DNA of 64,000 nt from Asterias rubens. Taxonomy: Eukaryota. The notes under the pieces were generated by a model that was not told the DNA's origin, did no database searches, and saw only the letters and a list, made by a program, of their open reading frames with translations. The position numbers and the translations under genes are program-made. The stretch lies in the NCBI RefSeq assembly GCF_902459465.1, contig NC_047072.1, positions 558,001 through 622,000 of the forward strand, given 5' to 3'. Below are positions 22,571 through 36,996 of the stretch, in pieces. Numbering within the stretch: the stretch's first letter is position 1; each line of letters begins with the position of its first letter.

Positions 22571-25062
22571 CTGCTGGACCCCACGAGACTACTGCTCGCG
22601 CGCTTTGCAGTCCATGGCCCTTTTTCGAATCCGCTGCTTTGGCTTTGGATTTGGCTTTGGGCTCCGTTCTCTCGTCCTGAAGCCCTGAACACGTACAAAA
22701 AGCGCGCGCAATTTGTTGAGTTGATGAACTTTGCTTGTTGTTGTTCCATGAAACATGAAACGGGTCTACAAATTGTAGCACATCCTTTCGAATATGGCCT
22801 AGGCCAGTACCTTTATTTTACCAGCTGCCGATTTCACGAAACGCAAGGATTAATCCTGTCTCGAGTTTGGACGAGTAACTAGTCCTAACTTGGGGATGTT
22901 ACAGTGCAAAATTCACCCTTGATTGCCTGCTTGCTTAAAGACACTGGACACTATTGATAATTGCCAAAGACTAGCCTTCAGAGTGGGTGTATGTCAACAT
23001 GCATAAAATAACAAACCTGTGAAAGTTTTAGCTCAATCGGTCGTCAAAGTTACGAGATATGAATGAAAGAAAAAACACCCTTGTCGCACCATGGTCATAC
23101 GAAGTTTTGTGCTTTCAGATGCTTGATTTCGAGACCTCAAATCCTAAATCTGAGGTCTTGAAATCAAATTCGTGGAAAATTACTTCTTTCTCGAAAACTA
23201 CGTCACTTCAGAGAGGCTGTTACTCTAAAATGTGTTATACTATGAACCTCTCCCCATTACTCGTAATCAAGAAAGGTTTTATGATAATAATTATTTTGAG
23301 TAATTACCAATAGTGTAAACTGCCTTTAATTAAACATTCACACGGAGGTCACGCACGAAAAACGATGAATAATTTGCAGATAAAAGAAAACGACTTTGTT
23401 TGTATCCCGGGGGATAATGGTTTATTTACAACAGTCACAAAATCGTACATCAGATCGTTTAAAGGAACGTTACAGAATTGGTAAGAAACAAAAATCGCGA
23501 AGGTCACAGATTTACATAAAACTTACACGGTTTAGTGATGATGATAGTAGAAAACATCCCTTGAAATATTTTTGTCTGAAACTTCATATTTGATGAGAAA
23601 CAAATAGTCTGATTTCGCGTTTGGAGTTTATCGCTCAGGGAGCGTTTTATTAATTTTTGTTTTGGCATAGATGCAATGCAACATTTGTAATCGGTTTTCA
23701 CTATTCTCTCGTGACCCAGATGGCCGATCGATCTCAAACTTCTACAGGTTTGTCAGTTTATATAATGGTGGATTACATAAAGTGCTTACACTGCCAGCAA
23801 CATTTTTGCAAGCAAAACCAATTCTGTAATGTTCCTTTAAACAAACATTATGGTTATAGTGGAAGCTATACACACATCGTGTAAAAAGCGAGTCAACACT
23901 TAGAACATTAATCATGGAAAATAACAAAATAACAATCCCCTTATAATAGAAACTGGCCAACGAAATTTAGTGACCTGCAGGTTGACTGCTACTATTGTAT
24001 CAAAGTGGGTTTATAATTTAACGTTGCAGCCTTATTGAGAAGAAGCTAAATTTTATTGTAAAAAGTGTCGCACAGAGGCAAACAAATGAAGATACAAGTA
24101 TAACTACATGTACATTTTTTCAGAATAAAAAGAGAGGGGGGAAATTCCTCAAAAATCCTTAGCTAGGGGGACTGAATACCCTAGGAGATTCTATCCCCGG
24201 ACCGTTGGGTGGGGGGGGGGGGGGGCAGAATTCCATGTGACAAGAGCAGTGAAGTACAGTTTTATTTTCATAAATTTAGTGAAATTTTGTTCTGGATTTT
24301 TTCTAACTGCTTTGTATGATGCAAATCTAAAAGAAAAACAAAAACATTTATATAAACTTTATAACAACAAAAAACGTATATAATTTAATAAATTATGGTA
24401 ATAATGTCATAATACATTTTTCTTTAATACAATTGTGTTAACCACAACTCTGAACTCTGAATACATTTCATGAGTCTAAAAGGATATTATGTTATACCAA
24501 TATAAGTAATTGTGGTGTCGTCAAATGAATACAAGTTTATTATTTATTTGTTGAACTATACCCTTGTAGTTTATTTGAGCATCGGCCAAGTTTTATTTGC
24601 ATTTAAGTTGTTGTTTTCCATCAATAATCAAGATGGCGCATGTGATGTGAAAATCACATGTCATGATCTTGAGACATACCTGTTTACTTAAAGCCGTTTA
24701 CGATTTCATTTAATACTGTTTGTACATAAATACTGTTCTGTGATTATTTGTTTGATAAGTTAATTAAGATAATGATTCCAGCGAAGACCTGACAACATGT
24801 ATTTTGTCTTTGTCTGTTTCAGGAAATAAAAAGGTGCACCGAGTGTAAAGAAAACAACTTGCCGTTAGCCTCTATCCTTATACGACTCTTTTAAGTGTTA
24901 GAGAGGGTCACACTAGGAAATAACTAAATATACAAGCGAGGATCAATAGCTATCGTTTAAGTACTTGTTTAAATAATGTTTGAACAGCGCGACCATGGTG
25001 AGACAGTGAACACCGCGACAGTGAGCTCCGGGATTGGCACGGATACATTTTCGGACGTCCCC

Positions 25063-27729
25063 TCAGAGGCTGGCTGGACTACGTCTTCGCAGCCAAACTA
25101 GAACAAATAGAGCCACCACGGTTAGCAGTTGGACGCCTCCCATCAGAATTAGGGCTAAGGTATAACTACCAAAGTGGTCGTAGATTAGACCTGGAATTAA
25201 ACAATATATGACGGGCCACGTTAAAGTATCGGTGTAGTCTCGTAAATAGGCGTACATAATTTTATTAGTGGTACAGAAATATAAAGACAATATTCATTCG
25301 TGTTAAACAGAAAACTTTCGAAAAAAAACCGACGCCCTCAGTGTTGACTGACTCCGAACCCCCAGGATCACTTGACATGTTCACAATGTAAACACAAAAA
25401 GCATTACAGTTTTATATGGTTGCACATGACGTCATTCCGCGCCATCTTTGATGATGAACGTGCACGCGTGAAAGGATAGCCATCATGGCTGAGAGTTATG
25501 CAGCGCGTGAACTTGTCCATTGTGCATTGGGGATCACCCTATGTGCAATCCATCTATTGGCTAGACTTGATGACAAGTCGTTTTAGGCGCTGCCAAGCTG
25601 TTACAAATACACATTCTGCCGTTCAAGCAACAGCAGTGCGATTATACGTTCATGCAACGGTCGTACGCAGCGTGGCGCCACCACTGACTCCAACACAAAC
25701 TGGGATCGAGGATGTGTGTACCGTCCACATACATAAAGGTTCTTTGTGTCTGTGGTACCGTCACCCTAACTACAACGAGCTTAACAATTACCGACTTGAT
25801 TTCAAGACTATCTATTGGCAAGCAAACTTAATACTTACCTGGGAAATACAATGTGAAGAGCCCGGTCACTCCAGTGAAAAGTCCATTCCAACCCAAAAAT
25901 AACCCCATTCGATCAGCACCAAATGACTCTATAACGACGAGGTCAAATTGTATGTGTATCATCACTTTGAAAAACCCATAGATGAAAGCTGCCACAAGCA
26001 CCGGCCAAAAAGACATCAGCCAGGGATCTATGAGATAATACAAAGATGACAAAAATAGTCCAAGTCCTAACCACGCAGAGTTGCTTAGACGTACTTTGAA
26101 GTTTTTGACCAATGGCCCAACAGTTATACTGCTAAGTATTCTCCCAATTCCATAACTGACGACACAGTTGGAAGCGTCTCCAAGTGAAAACCCCTTGGAT
26201 TCGGTTGTGTATACAACAAAATATATGACCCAAGCTGTGTTCATCATCATCCAAATGTTGCACATGAAGATTATTAGCCAAAATGATGGTAAGGAGAATA
26301 AACCAAGCTTGAAAGTCTGGCTGATGAATGAGTGAACACTGTTAAAACAAGAGCAACAACGGCTGTTTGATGTTGCTTCTCCATCACCGGTGTCTTCATT
26401 TAAAGCAACTGTTTGATATTCGTCATTGGGCCTAATTCTTGTTACAGCGGGTTCTTTCATCAAAGCTCCACAGACAGCAAGATGAGACAAAATCCCACCA
26501 AGTAGCAGCATGGTTCCCCTCCAACCGTAGATATCCAAGAAGAATTGCGTTAAGGGCACGCAGGTGACGAAGGCAATGGAACCACCAAGTATTCCCACGC
26601 CGAAAGCCGTTGTGCTTGCTTCGCTAAAGCAGCGTCCAACCAACTCTTTACTTACAACAAGTGAACAACCAACTGCAGGACCTGTTTGGAGTGGAAAATC
26701 ATCAGTTAGTGTTACAAACTTTTTTCAAATCAAGTGTTTCAATATCTTTAACGTATGTAATGGCATTTGGCTATTGATGGAAATACTACAAGCATTAAAA
26801 GCTATAAACCAAACTTCAAAGCACTACTTCACCACCTTACTATAGGCATTACTTCCATGTCTTACCGGCAGCTAGAGTGAGAAGAACCGTTATCTGAGAC
26901 AAACTGGTTGCAAAAGCCGAAGCTATCATCGAACCACCGACGAGTAACCCACTCACCATGACCACAACTCGCACTCCTAGTTTCTCTCGTAGTGGAGAGG
27001 CAAATAAAGCTGTAAAATTAAACACGATAAGAAAATTACAGCTTGATGGTCGAATTGTTTCAGAATAAATATTTCAATGTAATGTATGCGTAGCAACTAA
27101 TTTTTAATTGCTTTTTTTCTGCTTTAAAAACTTGAAAAAAGCTGATTTGCTTTTGATATTTACAAAATGTGTCTGATATTTTACAATTACTTTCAATTGT
27201 GTTCTAAACTGAACCGACGTCGCAAGCTAGAGTTTGTAGCCATAAGAGTGGTGTCTAGGTTGTATTCAATTCAATTCAATTCAATCCAATTAGTCTTTAT
27301 TAGATCCCAAAAGGGTAATTCAAATGCTCACATACAGTAAAAACATTGACACATTAAAAACATTAAAAACGGACAAGGTCTTTACAATTCGTATGCCTTT
27401 TTATGTGATACCTCTATTATTAAAGTCTAGGGCCTCACAATTATTTTGAGTAAATATATACGTAGTGTCCAGTGCCTTTAAAGTGTTACAACTTTACCTG
27501 AAATCTGCATACTGGCGTCTATAATAGCAATCATCCAGCCAACTAACCAAGTCGAAGCGTTGAATTGTTCTTGTAGAGTTGGTAACATCACAGCAAGACC
27601 CTTAATCAATCCTATCCAGGCTATCCATGATGAAAATAAACCCAGAACAGCAAACCATCCAAGAAGACCGCCATCTTTGAAGGTTTTAACAAACCAACTT
27701 GATACACTTTGGAGAAAACTGCACCCCAT
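25063..27729 (-). CDS. SLC16-like MFS protein, copy 2, apparently intact, 448 aa
   Basis: Exons 27498-27729, 26866-27009, 25839-26681, 25063-25190; same exon structure as copy 1; 1347 nt open. Confidence 0.88.
25561..25810. mobile_element. MITE with TAGACTTGATGACAAGTCG-type TIR; relatives at 31545-31685, 36795-36980 and 62152-62398
   Basis: tagacttgatgacaagtcg ... cgacttgatttcaagacta; the interior is shared among copies. Confidence 0.7.
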
Positions 27730-29084
27730 TGTCGTTCTCTTTTCTTGTTGTAGTTTGGTTGTCACTTTGGCGCTTTTCCAGTAGGAATTTATTCGGAAGT
27801 CCGATTCATCAGCAGGTTCCGTAGGGTGATTGTCGCATGTGCTGGACGTAGATGCACTTTGATCAAGGTCCTTTTGTAGACTTGATTTCAAGTCTGGGAT
27901 TAGCAAAACGCAATGTGCTAACGGCTAGACCATAGTGGTCTTTCATTACTTAAAAAACAGACTTGAAGCTATTGACCTAGGGATCATCGTATCCAAAAAG
28001 CACATTGTTAAAACTTAGCTCGGTACATGCATGACATACTGTAGGTGTTTAGAAAGCCACCCAGTGCGTGTTTTAACAGTGAGTATAGATTTGTAGAAGT
28101 TCTGAAGGCCTATAATAGACTGCATGGGGTAGTCATCGACACACAACAGTGACCCTGTACACGCAATGTTCAGTGATTGTACAGTATTGCCATCCAACCA
28201 GATGAGATCAAAACAAAATATGGCAGGTGGTACACAATTCCCGACAACAAACAGAAAAACCGTGTGACCTCATTGTTAAATAATTTTTATGGACTCTGTA
28301 TCTTAGTTGGTTTTATATTTTGAATAAGGGAATAAGAGAAGAGACGAGGTCAAAATCATTGCAGCATTTGTGTGCATGTACAAGTATAAACAAATAAAAA
28401 CAGAACATCTGTTTGTGTTTGTCATACAAACCACTAAAGGCACTGGACACTATTGGTAATTGTCAAAGACCAGTCTTCTCACTTGGTGTTTCTCAACATA
28501 TGCATAAAATAACATACCTCATTTTAGCTAATTTGGTCGTCGAAGTTGTGAGATAATAATGAAATAATAAAACACACTTGTCACTCAAAGTCGTGTGCTT
28601 TCAGATGCTTAATTTCGAGACCTCAAATTCTAAATCTGAGGTCTCAAAATCAAATTCGCGGAAAAATACTTCTTTCACGAAAACTACGTCACTTCAGAGG
28701 GAGCCGTTTCTCACAATGTTTTATACTAATAGTATCCACTGCCTTTAACGATTTTATGTATAGTTTGTTATGAGTATTTAATATTAAAATTACTATTATG
28801 AGAGCTGGGTATGTGGACAACCGACTCTCTCCGCGATTCTCGCGACACTGGCGGTATTCTTGCGAGACTGCTGGACCAACGAGACTACAGCTCTCGCACT
28901 TTAAAGTCCATGGCCCTATTCAAAACCACTGCTTCACCTTTGGATTCGGCCTCCGTTCTCACGTCCTGAAGCCCTGAGCATGTACCAAAAGCACGCGCAG
29001 TTTGTTAAGTAGGAGACTTTGGAACGCTAGGTGGCAGGGACCAGGTAAATGTCCTTTACGTAGTTCTGAGCACGCGCACATTAA

Positions 29085-29443
29085 AGGAACACGTTGCCTT
29101 GGATCGGACGAGTTGGTCTATAAAAAGCGTTTGTAACCGTTTGTTATAAAATGCATATGGTTAGAAAGATATTGTAAAAGTAGAATACAGTGATCCACAC
29201 AAGTTTGCCTCGAAACTGCGAGGTTTTCCTGTAACTTTGCGAACTAACACGGTCGACTCCCATAAATGGCCGACCGTGTAAGTCGACGAGGTAATAGGAA
29301 AACCACGCATTTTTGAGGTTTATTTGTGTAGATCATTGTATTCCACTTTTACAACATCTTTTTAACCATATATGACTTTTACAACAAACGGTTACAAACG
29401 CATTTCAAAGACCAACTCGACCGATCCAAGGCAACGTGTTCCT
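29085..29443. mobile_element. TTAA-flanked MITE family K4, nested in another MITE; truncated copy at 58688-58885
   Basis: TTAA|AGGAACACGTTGCCTTGGATCGG...CCGATCCAAGGCAACGTGTTCCT|TTAA, with a perfect 23-bp TIR. Confidence 0.88.
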
Positions 29444-31013
29444 TTAATACCGAGAACAATGTATTTTACCTGGTAAGTCTGCTGCCACCAAGCGTTCTGG
29501 AATTCTCCTATTGATGAACCTTGCTTAGTGTAATGCCATGAAATGTGTCTTCAAATTGTACCACAAACCTGTTGAATTTTATATTGCCTAGGCCTGTACT
29601 TTTATACAATTTTGGCCTAGTCGTGAGTTTGTACGTTTCGAAACAAATGTGTTTCTTGCATTTTATCCGGCAATGTCGACCAGGTGTCATTGCTGCTGGA
29701 TGAAGTAAAACAACCAAATATGGGGTCAGTTTGCAGCATGGTCCGGTCCGACGTCTTTTCCAGCGCTGTGCAGCGAGGTTGTTTTTCCATAGACCCCAGA
29801 TGTATCCCATGGGCTATTTTTATTTATTTATTTTAAATCTTTAGACATGCACAATACAAGTTGTACAGGGGCTGTCAAGGTTAAAACAAAAGTATCTGGG
29901 CTATCTGGGCATACCCAAATGGGACCATACTCGTTGGGTGCAGAATCAAAATAGGGCCCATTCATTGTAACGTTTGTTCCATCATACTCTTGTTGGGAAA
30001 ATAGTTCAATACAATGAGAATTGATCAGTACCTGGGTTACAAAATCAAAAGCGCCAAGGGCTTAACGACCTGCTTGAACGGAAATGTCAAGTCGTGAACT
30101 TTGCTGAATTCCACTTAAAATGTTTTCGATGAATAAGGAAATCGAGTCATATGATTAGATAAAGCCGCTTTGTTGCAGCGTGGATGTATAACAAAGCAAA
30201 CTCCCACAAATGTCGTCAGCGGCATTGTCCTTTGACGCCCGCTCTCAACGGCAGAAGTGTAATTACGAAAAGTTCAGAAGTGTACACATATCAAAATTAC
30301 ATTAAAATGGTGAACAAGTGCATTATAACCAAGTAAAAATACCATTTCTGTTGAAAACATTCCGCTCAGGTAGCTGTTTAAGTATACCAAATTTAAATAT
30401 TGTTAAAGCAAATAATACACACATTGTTATCTCCGTCGATAAGTGTGTTTGTTGTATTGCATTATCATTATTCCTTCAATGTATTATCCTGTGGTATTTC
30501 TATTATTGTCCCGCCCGCCTTCCCCATCATTTATTTCAACCACTGCATTGCTGGTATTTACTTTGTATTGCTTTGGAATGTCCAGTATGCCCGAGTACCA
30601 ACGAATGTGGGCGTTGGCTGCTTAATGTATTCTTGCAGCGAACACCGCATAGGCTCATTTCTGTTCCTGATTCCGTTGTGTTCTGTTCGAGGTTATTTTA
30701 GTTCTTCTCAGACATGTAATTTTCCGTAGCCATCTCCCTTTCACCTGTGTATTAAACACCGAGTGCAAATAAATGGGAAAGCTCATTTAAAGTCTCCGCT
30801 GTCTCCTTTGTACCGTGCATGTGACACACATATCTATGAAATAACTAAGTACAAGCGAGGATCGAGAGCTATCGTTTAAGTACTTGTTCAAATAATGTCA
30901 AATACATTTAAACAATGCGGAATGTAACAGAACAGCGCCACCATGGTGAGACAGTGAACACCGCGACAGTGAGCATCGGGATTGGCAGTACGGATACATT
31001 TTCGGACGTCCCC

Positions 31014-33915
31014 TCAGAGGCTGGCCGGACGACGTCTTTGCAGCCAAACTAGAACAAGTAGAGCCACCACGGTAAGCAGTTGGACGCCTCCCATCAGAAT
31101 TAGGGCTAAGGTATAACTACCAAAGTGGTCGTAGATTAGACCTGGAATTAAACAAGATATGATGGGCCACGTTAAAGTATATCGGGTGTAGTCTCGTAAA
31201 TAGAAGTACATTATTATTAGTGATAACAAAATGTAAAGACAAATACTCATTCGTGTTAAAAAAAACTTTCGAAAAAAAAAAACGAAAAACGACGCCCTCA
31301 GTGTTGACTGACTCCGAACCCCAACGATCACTTGACATGTTCACAATGTTAACACAAAAAGCATTACAGTTTCATGAAAATGGTTGCACATGACGTCATT
31401 GACCACCGTCTTTGATGAACGTGCACAGGAAAGGATATTTATCATTGGCTGAGAGTTATGCAGTGCGCGCACGCGTGGACTTGTCCTTTGTGCATCATCA
31501 AATATGGTGGTGGATGACCCCATGTGCAATCCATCTATTGGCTAGACTTGATGACAAGTCGTTTTAGGCGCTGCCTAGCTGTTCGAGGATGTGTGTACCG
31601 TCCACATAGGCCTACATAAAGGTTATTTGTGTCTGTGGTACCGTCACCCTAGCGCTTAACAGTTAACGACTTGATTTCAAGACTATCAATTGGCAAGCAA
31701 ACTTAATACTTACCTGGGAAATACAATGTGAAGAGCCCAGTTACTCCAGTGAAAAATCCATTCCAACCAAGAAAGAATCCCATTCGATCAGCACCAAATG
31801 ACTCTATAACGACGAGGTCAAATTGTATGTGTACCATCACTGTGAAATACCCATAGATGAAAGCTGCCACAAGTACCGGCCAAAAAGACATCAGCCAGGG
31901 ATCTATGAGATAATACAAAGACGACAAAAATAGTCCAAGTCCCAACCACGCAGAGTTGCTTAGACTTAGTACTTTGAAGTTTTTGACCAACGGACCAACA
32001 GTTATACTGCTAAGTATTCTCCCAATTCCATAACTGACGACACAGTTGGAAGCGTCTCCAAGTGAAAACCCCTTGGATACGGTTGTGTATGCTACAAAAT
32101 ATATGACCCAAGCTATGTTCATCATCATCCAAATGTTGTACATGAAGATTATAAGCCAAAATGCTGGTAAGGAGAATAAACCAAGCTTGAAAGTCTGGCT
32201 GATGAATGAGTGAACGCTGTTAAACCAAGAGCAACAACGGCTGTTTGATGTTGCTTCTTCATCATCACCGATGTCTTCATTTAAAGCAACTGTTTGATAT
32301 TCATCGTTATTTCGTTTCACAGCGGGTTCTTTCATTAAAGCTCCACAGACAGCAAGATGAGACAAAATCCCACCAAGTAGCAGCATGGTTCCCCTCCAAC
32401 CGTAGATATCCAAGAAGAATTGCGTTAAGGGTACGCAGGTGACGAAGGCAATGGAACCGCCAAGTATTCCCACGCCGAAAGCTGTTGCGCTCGATTCAGT
32501 AAAGCAACGTCCAATCATCTCTTTACTTACAACGAGTGAACAACCAACCGCAGGACCTGTTTGGAGTGGAACATAATCAACCGTTAGTATTATCAACTAA
32601 ACTTAGGTTTACACCCTGCCCAACTTACATCGTCGGCCCAACGTACACATTTTTGGTTGGGCAACCGTTGGTAAGTGACGTTGCTGTGATGGTGAGTGTT
32701 CCATCGGGCCAACGTCGACGACGTTGATCCAACGTTGGCTCAACCCCGTTCTGGCGTCGGCTTTTTTTGCCGACGTCTTCATATCCAACGGTAGACGTTA
32801 GGCACAATGTTTTGTACCCATTTACCATATTTTCCGACGTTGTCACAATAATTTGAAAGACCACGTTAGATTTCGCAGAAGATGCAACGAAGGCCAAAAT
32901 TAAAAGGGGGCACGGGGCCGTGGTGCGGGTGCCCAAACGAGATAGTGACCGGGTTTGTAGATTGGCTATTGGTAAAACCTACAAAAACGTAGACCCCAAA
33001 ACCTTTCAACTGAACTTCAAAACACTTCCGTTCGCCATTTTTCTTCTTCTTAGTGTGTCAATATTGCTTCCATGTCTTACCGGCAGCTAGAGTGAGAAGA
33101 ACCGTTATCTGAGACAAACTGGTTGCAAAAGCCGAAGCTATCAGTGAACCACTGACGAGTAACCCACTCACCATGACCACAACTCGCACTCCTAGTTTCT
33201 CTCGTAGAGGAGAGGCAAACAGAGCTGTGGAGTTGAAGACATGAAGACAAATGTAAAGTTTGGTCATTGCATTGTTTATTATTTCAATGTCTCTTCTATT
33301 TTCTGCTCCAACTGTTCTTGGTGTTCTCTTTAAGCTGCAATTTTGCCTATCATAATTGTATCAATATTTATTGCTCTCCGTGCGGGGACTTTCCTTTGTC
33401 CCTCTATAATGCTACTCACACGATAACAATTTAACTGTGGTCTCTGCTTAATTTTAGCAAGGTTNNNNNNNNNNNNNNNNNNNNNNNNNNNNNNNNNNNN
33501 NNNNNNNNNNNNNNNNNNNNNNNNNNNNNNNNNNNNNNNNNNNNNNNNNNNNNNNNNNNNNNNNNNNNNNNNNNNNNNNNNNNNNNNNNNNNNNNNNNNN
33601 NNNNNNNNNNNNNNNNNNNNNNNNNNNNNNNNTTATCGGTCAGCTTTTATCTAACACCTCTACTGAAGTGTTGACAATAACTTTACCTGATATCGACGAA
33701 CTGGCGTCTATAATAGCAATCATCCAGCCAACTAACCAAGTCGAAGCATCGAATTGTTCTTGTAGAGTTGGTAACATCACAGCAAGACCCTTAATCAATC
33801 CTATCCACGCTATCCATGATGAAAATAAACCCAGAACAGCCCATCCAAGAAGACCGCCATCTTTGAAGGTTTTAACAAACCAACTTGATACACTTTGTAG
33901 AAAAATGCACCCCAT
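31014..33915 (-). CDS. SLC16-like MFS protein, copy 3, apparently intact; exon 1 is joined across an assembly gap
   Basis: Exons 33687-33915, 33081-33224, 31714-32556, 31014-31141. An alternative in-frame ATG lies at 33951. An N gap (33465-33632) falls in intron 1, so the link to exon 1 is unproven. Confidence 0.78.
33465..33632. other. Assembly gap (168 N)
   Basis: Run of N in the sequence. Confidence 1.
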
Positions 33916-34884
33916 TGTCGTTCTCTTTTCTTGATGTAGTTTGGTTGTCATTTTGGCGCTTTTCCAATAGGAATTTACTCAGAAGTCCGATTCATCAGCA
34001 GGTTCCGTAGGGTGATTGTCGCATGTGCTGGACGTAGATGCACTTTGATCAAGGTCCTTTTGTAGACTCGATTTCAAGTCTGGGATTAGCAAAACGCAAT
34101 GTGCTAACGGCTAGACCATAGTGGTCTTTCATTACTTAAAAAACAGGCTTGAAGCTATTGACCTAGGGATCATCGTATCCAAAAAGCACATTGTTAAAAC
34201 TGTTGTTTAACATTGTTAAAACAAAGCACATTGTAGCTCGGTACATGCATGACATACTGTAGGTGTTTAGAAAGCCACCCAGTGCGTGTTTTAACAGTGA
34301 GTATAGATTTGTATAAGTTCTGAAGGCCTATAATAGACTGCATGGGGTATTCATCGACACACAACAGTGACCCTGTACACGCAATGTTCAGTGATTGTAC
34401 AGTATTGCCATCCAACCAGATGAGATCAAAACAAAATATATGGCAGGTACACAATTCCCGACAACAAACAGAAAAACCGTGTGACCTCATTGTTAAATAA
34501 TTTTTATGGACTCTGTATCTTAGTTGGTTTTATATTTTGAATAAGGGAATAAGAGAAGAGACGAGGTCAAAATCATTGCAGCATTTGTGTGCATGTACAA
34601 GTATAAACAAATAAAAACACAACATCTGTTTAGCTTGTGTTTGTCATCAAAACCATTAAAGGCACTGGACACTATTGGTAATTGTCAAAGACCAGTCTTC
34701 TCACTTGGTGTTTCTCAACATGCATAAAATAACATCATTTTAGCTAATTTGGTCGTCGAAGTTGTGAGTAAATAATAATAGAATAAAACACACTTGTCAC
34801 TCAAAGTCTTCTTTCACGATAGCTTCAAGTCTGTTTTTTAAGTAATGAAAGACCACTATGGTCTAGCCGTTAGCACATTGCGTT

Positions 34885-36766
34885 TTTCTCCAAAGTGTAT
34901 CAAGTTGGTTTGTTAAAACCTTCAAAGATGGCGGTCTTCTTGGATGGTTTGCTGTTCTGGGTTTATTTTCATCATGGATAGCGTGGATAGGATTGATTAA
35001 GGGTCTTGCTGTGATGTTACCAACTCTACAAGAACAATTCAACGCTTCGACTTGGTTAGTTGGCTGGATGATTGCTATTATAGACGCCAGTATGCAGATT
35101 TCAGGTAAAGTTGTAACACTTTAAAGGCACTGGACACTACGTATATATTTACTCAAAATAATTGTGAGGCCCTACACTTTAATAATAGAGGTATCACATA
35201 AAAAGGCATACGAATTGTATAGACCTTGTCCGTTTTTAATGTTTTTAATGTGTAAATGTTTTTACTGTATGTGAGCATTTGAATTACCCTTTTGGGATCT
35301 AATAAAGACTAATTGGATTGAATTGAATTGAATTGAATACAACCTAGACACCACTCTTATGGCTACAAACTCTAGCTTGCGACGTCGGTTCAGTTTAGAC
35401 CACAGTTGAAAGTAATTGTAAAATATCAGACACATTTTGTAAATATCAAAAGCAAATCAGCTTTTTCAAGTTTTTGAAGCAGAAAAAAAAGCAATTAAAA
35501 ATTAGTTGCTACGCATACATTACATTGAAATATTTATTCTGAAACAATTCGACCATCAAGCTGTAATTTTCTTATCGTCTTTAATTTTACAGCTTTATTT
35601 GCCTCTCCACTACGAGAGAAACTAGGAGTGCGAGTTGTGGTCATGGTGAGTGGGTTACTCGTCGGTGGTTCGCTGATAGCTTCGGCTTTTGCTACCAGTT
35701 TGTCTCAGATAACGGTTCTTCTCACTCTAGCTGCCGGTAAGACATGGAAGTAATGCCTATAGTAAGGTGGTGAAGTAGTGCTTTGAAGTTTGGTTTATAG
35801 CTTTTAATGCTTGTAGTATTTCCATCAATAGCCAAATGCCATTACATACGTTAAAGATATTGAAACACTTGATTTGAAAAAAGTTTGTAACACTAACTGA
35901 TGATTTTCCACTCCAAACAGGTCCTGCAGTTGGTTGTTCACTTGTTGTAAGTAAAGAGTTGGTTGGACGCTGCTTTAGCGAAGCAAGCACAACGGCTTTC
36001 GGCGTGGGAATACTTGGTGGTTCCATTGCCTTCGTCACCTGCGTGCCCTTAACGCAATTCTTCTTGGATATCTACGGTTGGAGGGGAACCATGCTGCTAC
36101 TTGGTGGGATTTTGTCTCATCTTGCTGTCTGTGGAGCTTTGATGAAAGAACCCGCTGTAACAAGAATTAGGCCCAATGACGAATATCAAACAGTTGCTTT
36201 AAATGAAGACACCGGTGATGGAGAAGCAACATCAAACAGCCGTTGTTGCTCTTGTTTTAACAGTGTTCACTCATTCATCAGCCAGACTTTCAAGCTTGGT
36301 TTATTCTCCTTACCATCATTTTGGCTAATAATCTTCATGTACAACATTTGGATGATGATGAACACAGCTTGGGTCATATATTTTGTTGTATACACAACCG
36401 AATCCAAGGGGTTTTCACTTGGAGACGCATCCAACTGTGTCGTCAGTTATGGAATTGGGAGAATACTTAGCAGTATAACTGTTGGGCCATTGGTCAAAAA
36501 CTTCAAAGTACTAAGTCTAAGCAACTCTGCGTGGTTAGGACTTGGACTATTTTTGTCATCTTTGTATTATCTCATAGATCCCTGGCTGATGTCTTTTTGG
36601 CCGGTACTTGTGGCAGCTTTCATCTATGGGTTTTTCAAAGTGATGATACACATACAATTTGACCTCGTCGTTATAGAGTCATTTGGTGCTGATCGAATGG
36701 GGTTATTTTTGGGTTGGAATGGACTTTTCACTGGAGTGACCGGGCTCTTCACATTGTATTTCCCAG
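34885..36766 (+). pseudogene. SLC16-like copy 4: inverted, near-identical duplicate of copy 2 lacking the start codon and last exon
   Basis: Exon-1 remnant 34885-35104 (MGCS deleted, in-frame TAG at 34864-34866), exon 2 35593-35736, exon 3 35921-36766. The sequence switches to another fragment at about 36985, before the last exon. Confidence 0.8.
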
Positions 36767-36996
36767 GTAAGTATTAAGTTTGCTTGCCAATAGATAGTCT
36801 TGAAATCAAGTCGGTAATTGTTAAGCTCGTTGTAGTTAGGGTGACGGTACCACAGACACAAAGAACCTTTATGTATGTGGACGGTACGCACATCCTCGAT
36901 CCCAGTTTGTGTTGGAGTCAGTGGTGGCGCCACGCGCTACGTACGACCGTTGCATGAACGTATAATCGCACTGCTGTTGCACTGACTGCTGTTGCT

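Noticed and set aside
27790-27825. CTGATGA followed by a TCGGA/TCCGA stem on the minus strand (hammerhead-like)
   Set aside because: It is followed by ATAAA rather than GAAA, and there is no cleavage triplet or stem I.
27730-27906. 59-codon N-terminal extension of SLC16 copy 2 shown in the ORF track
   Set aside because: It starts at TTG, not ATG. The same stretch has an in-frame TGA in copy 3 and a TAA in copy 1, so it is treated as 5' UTR.
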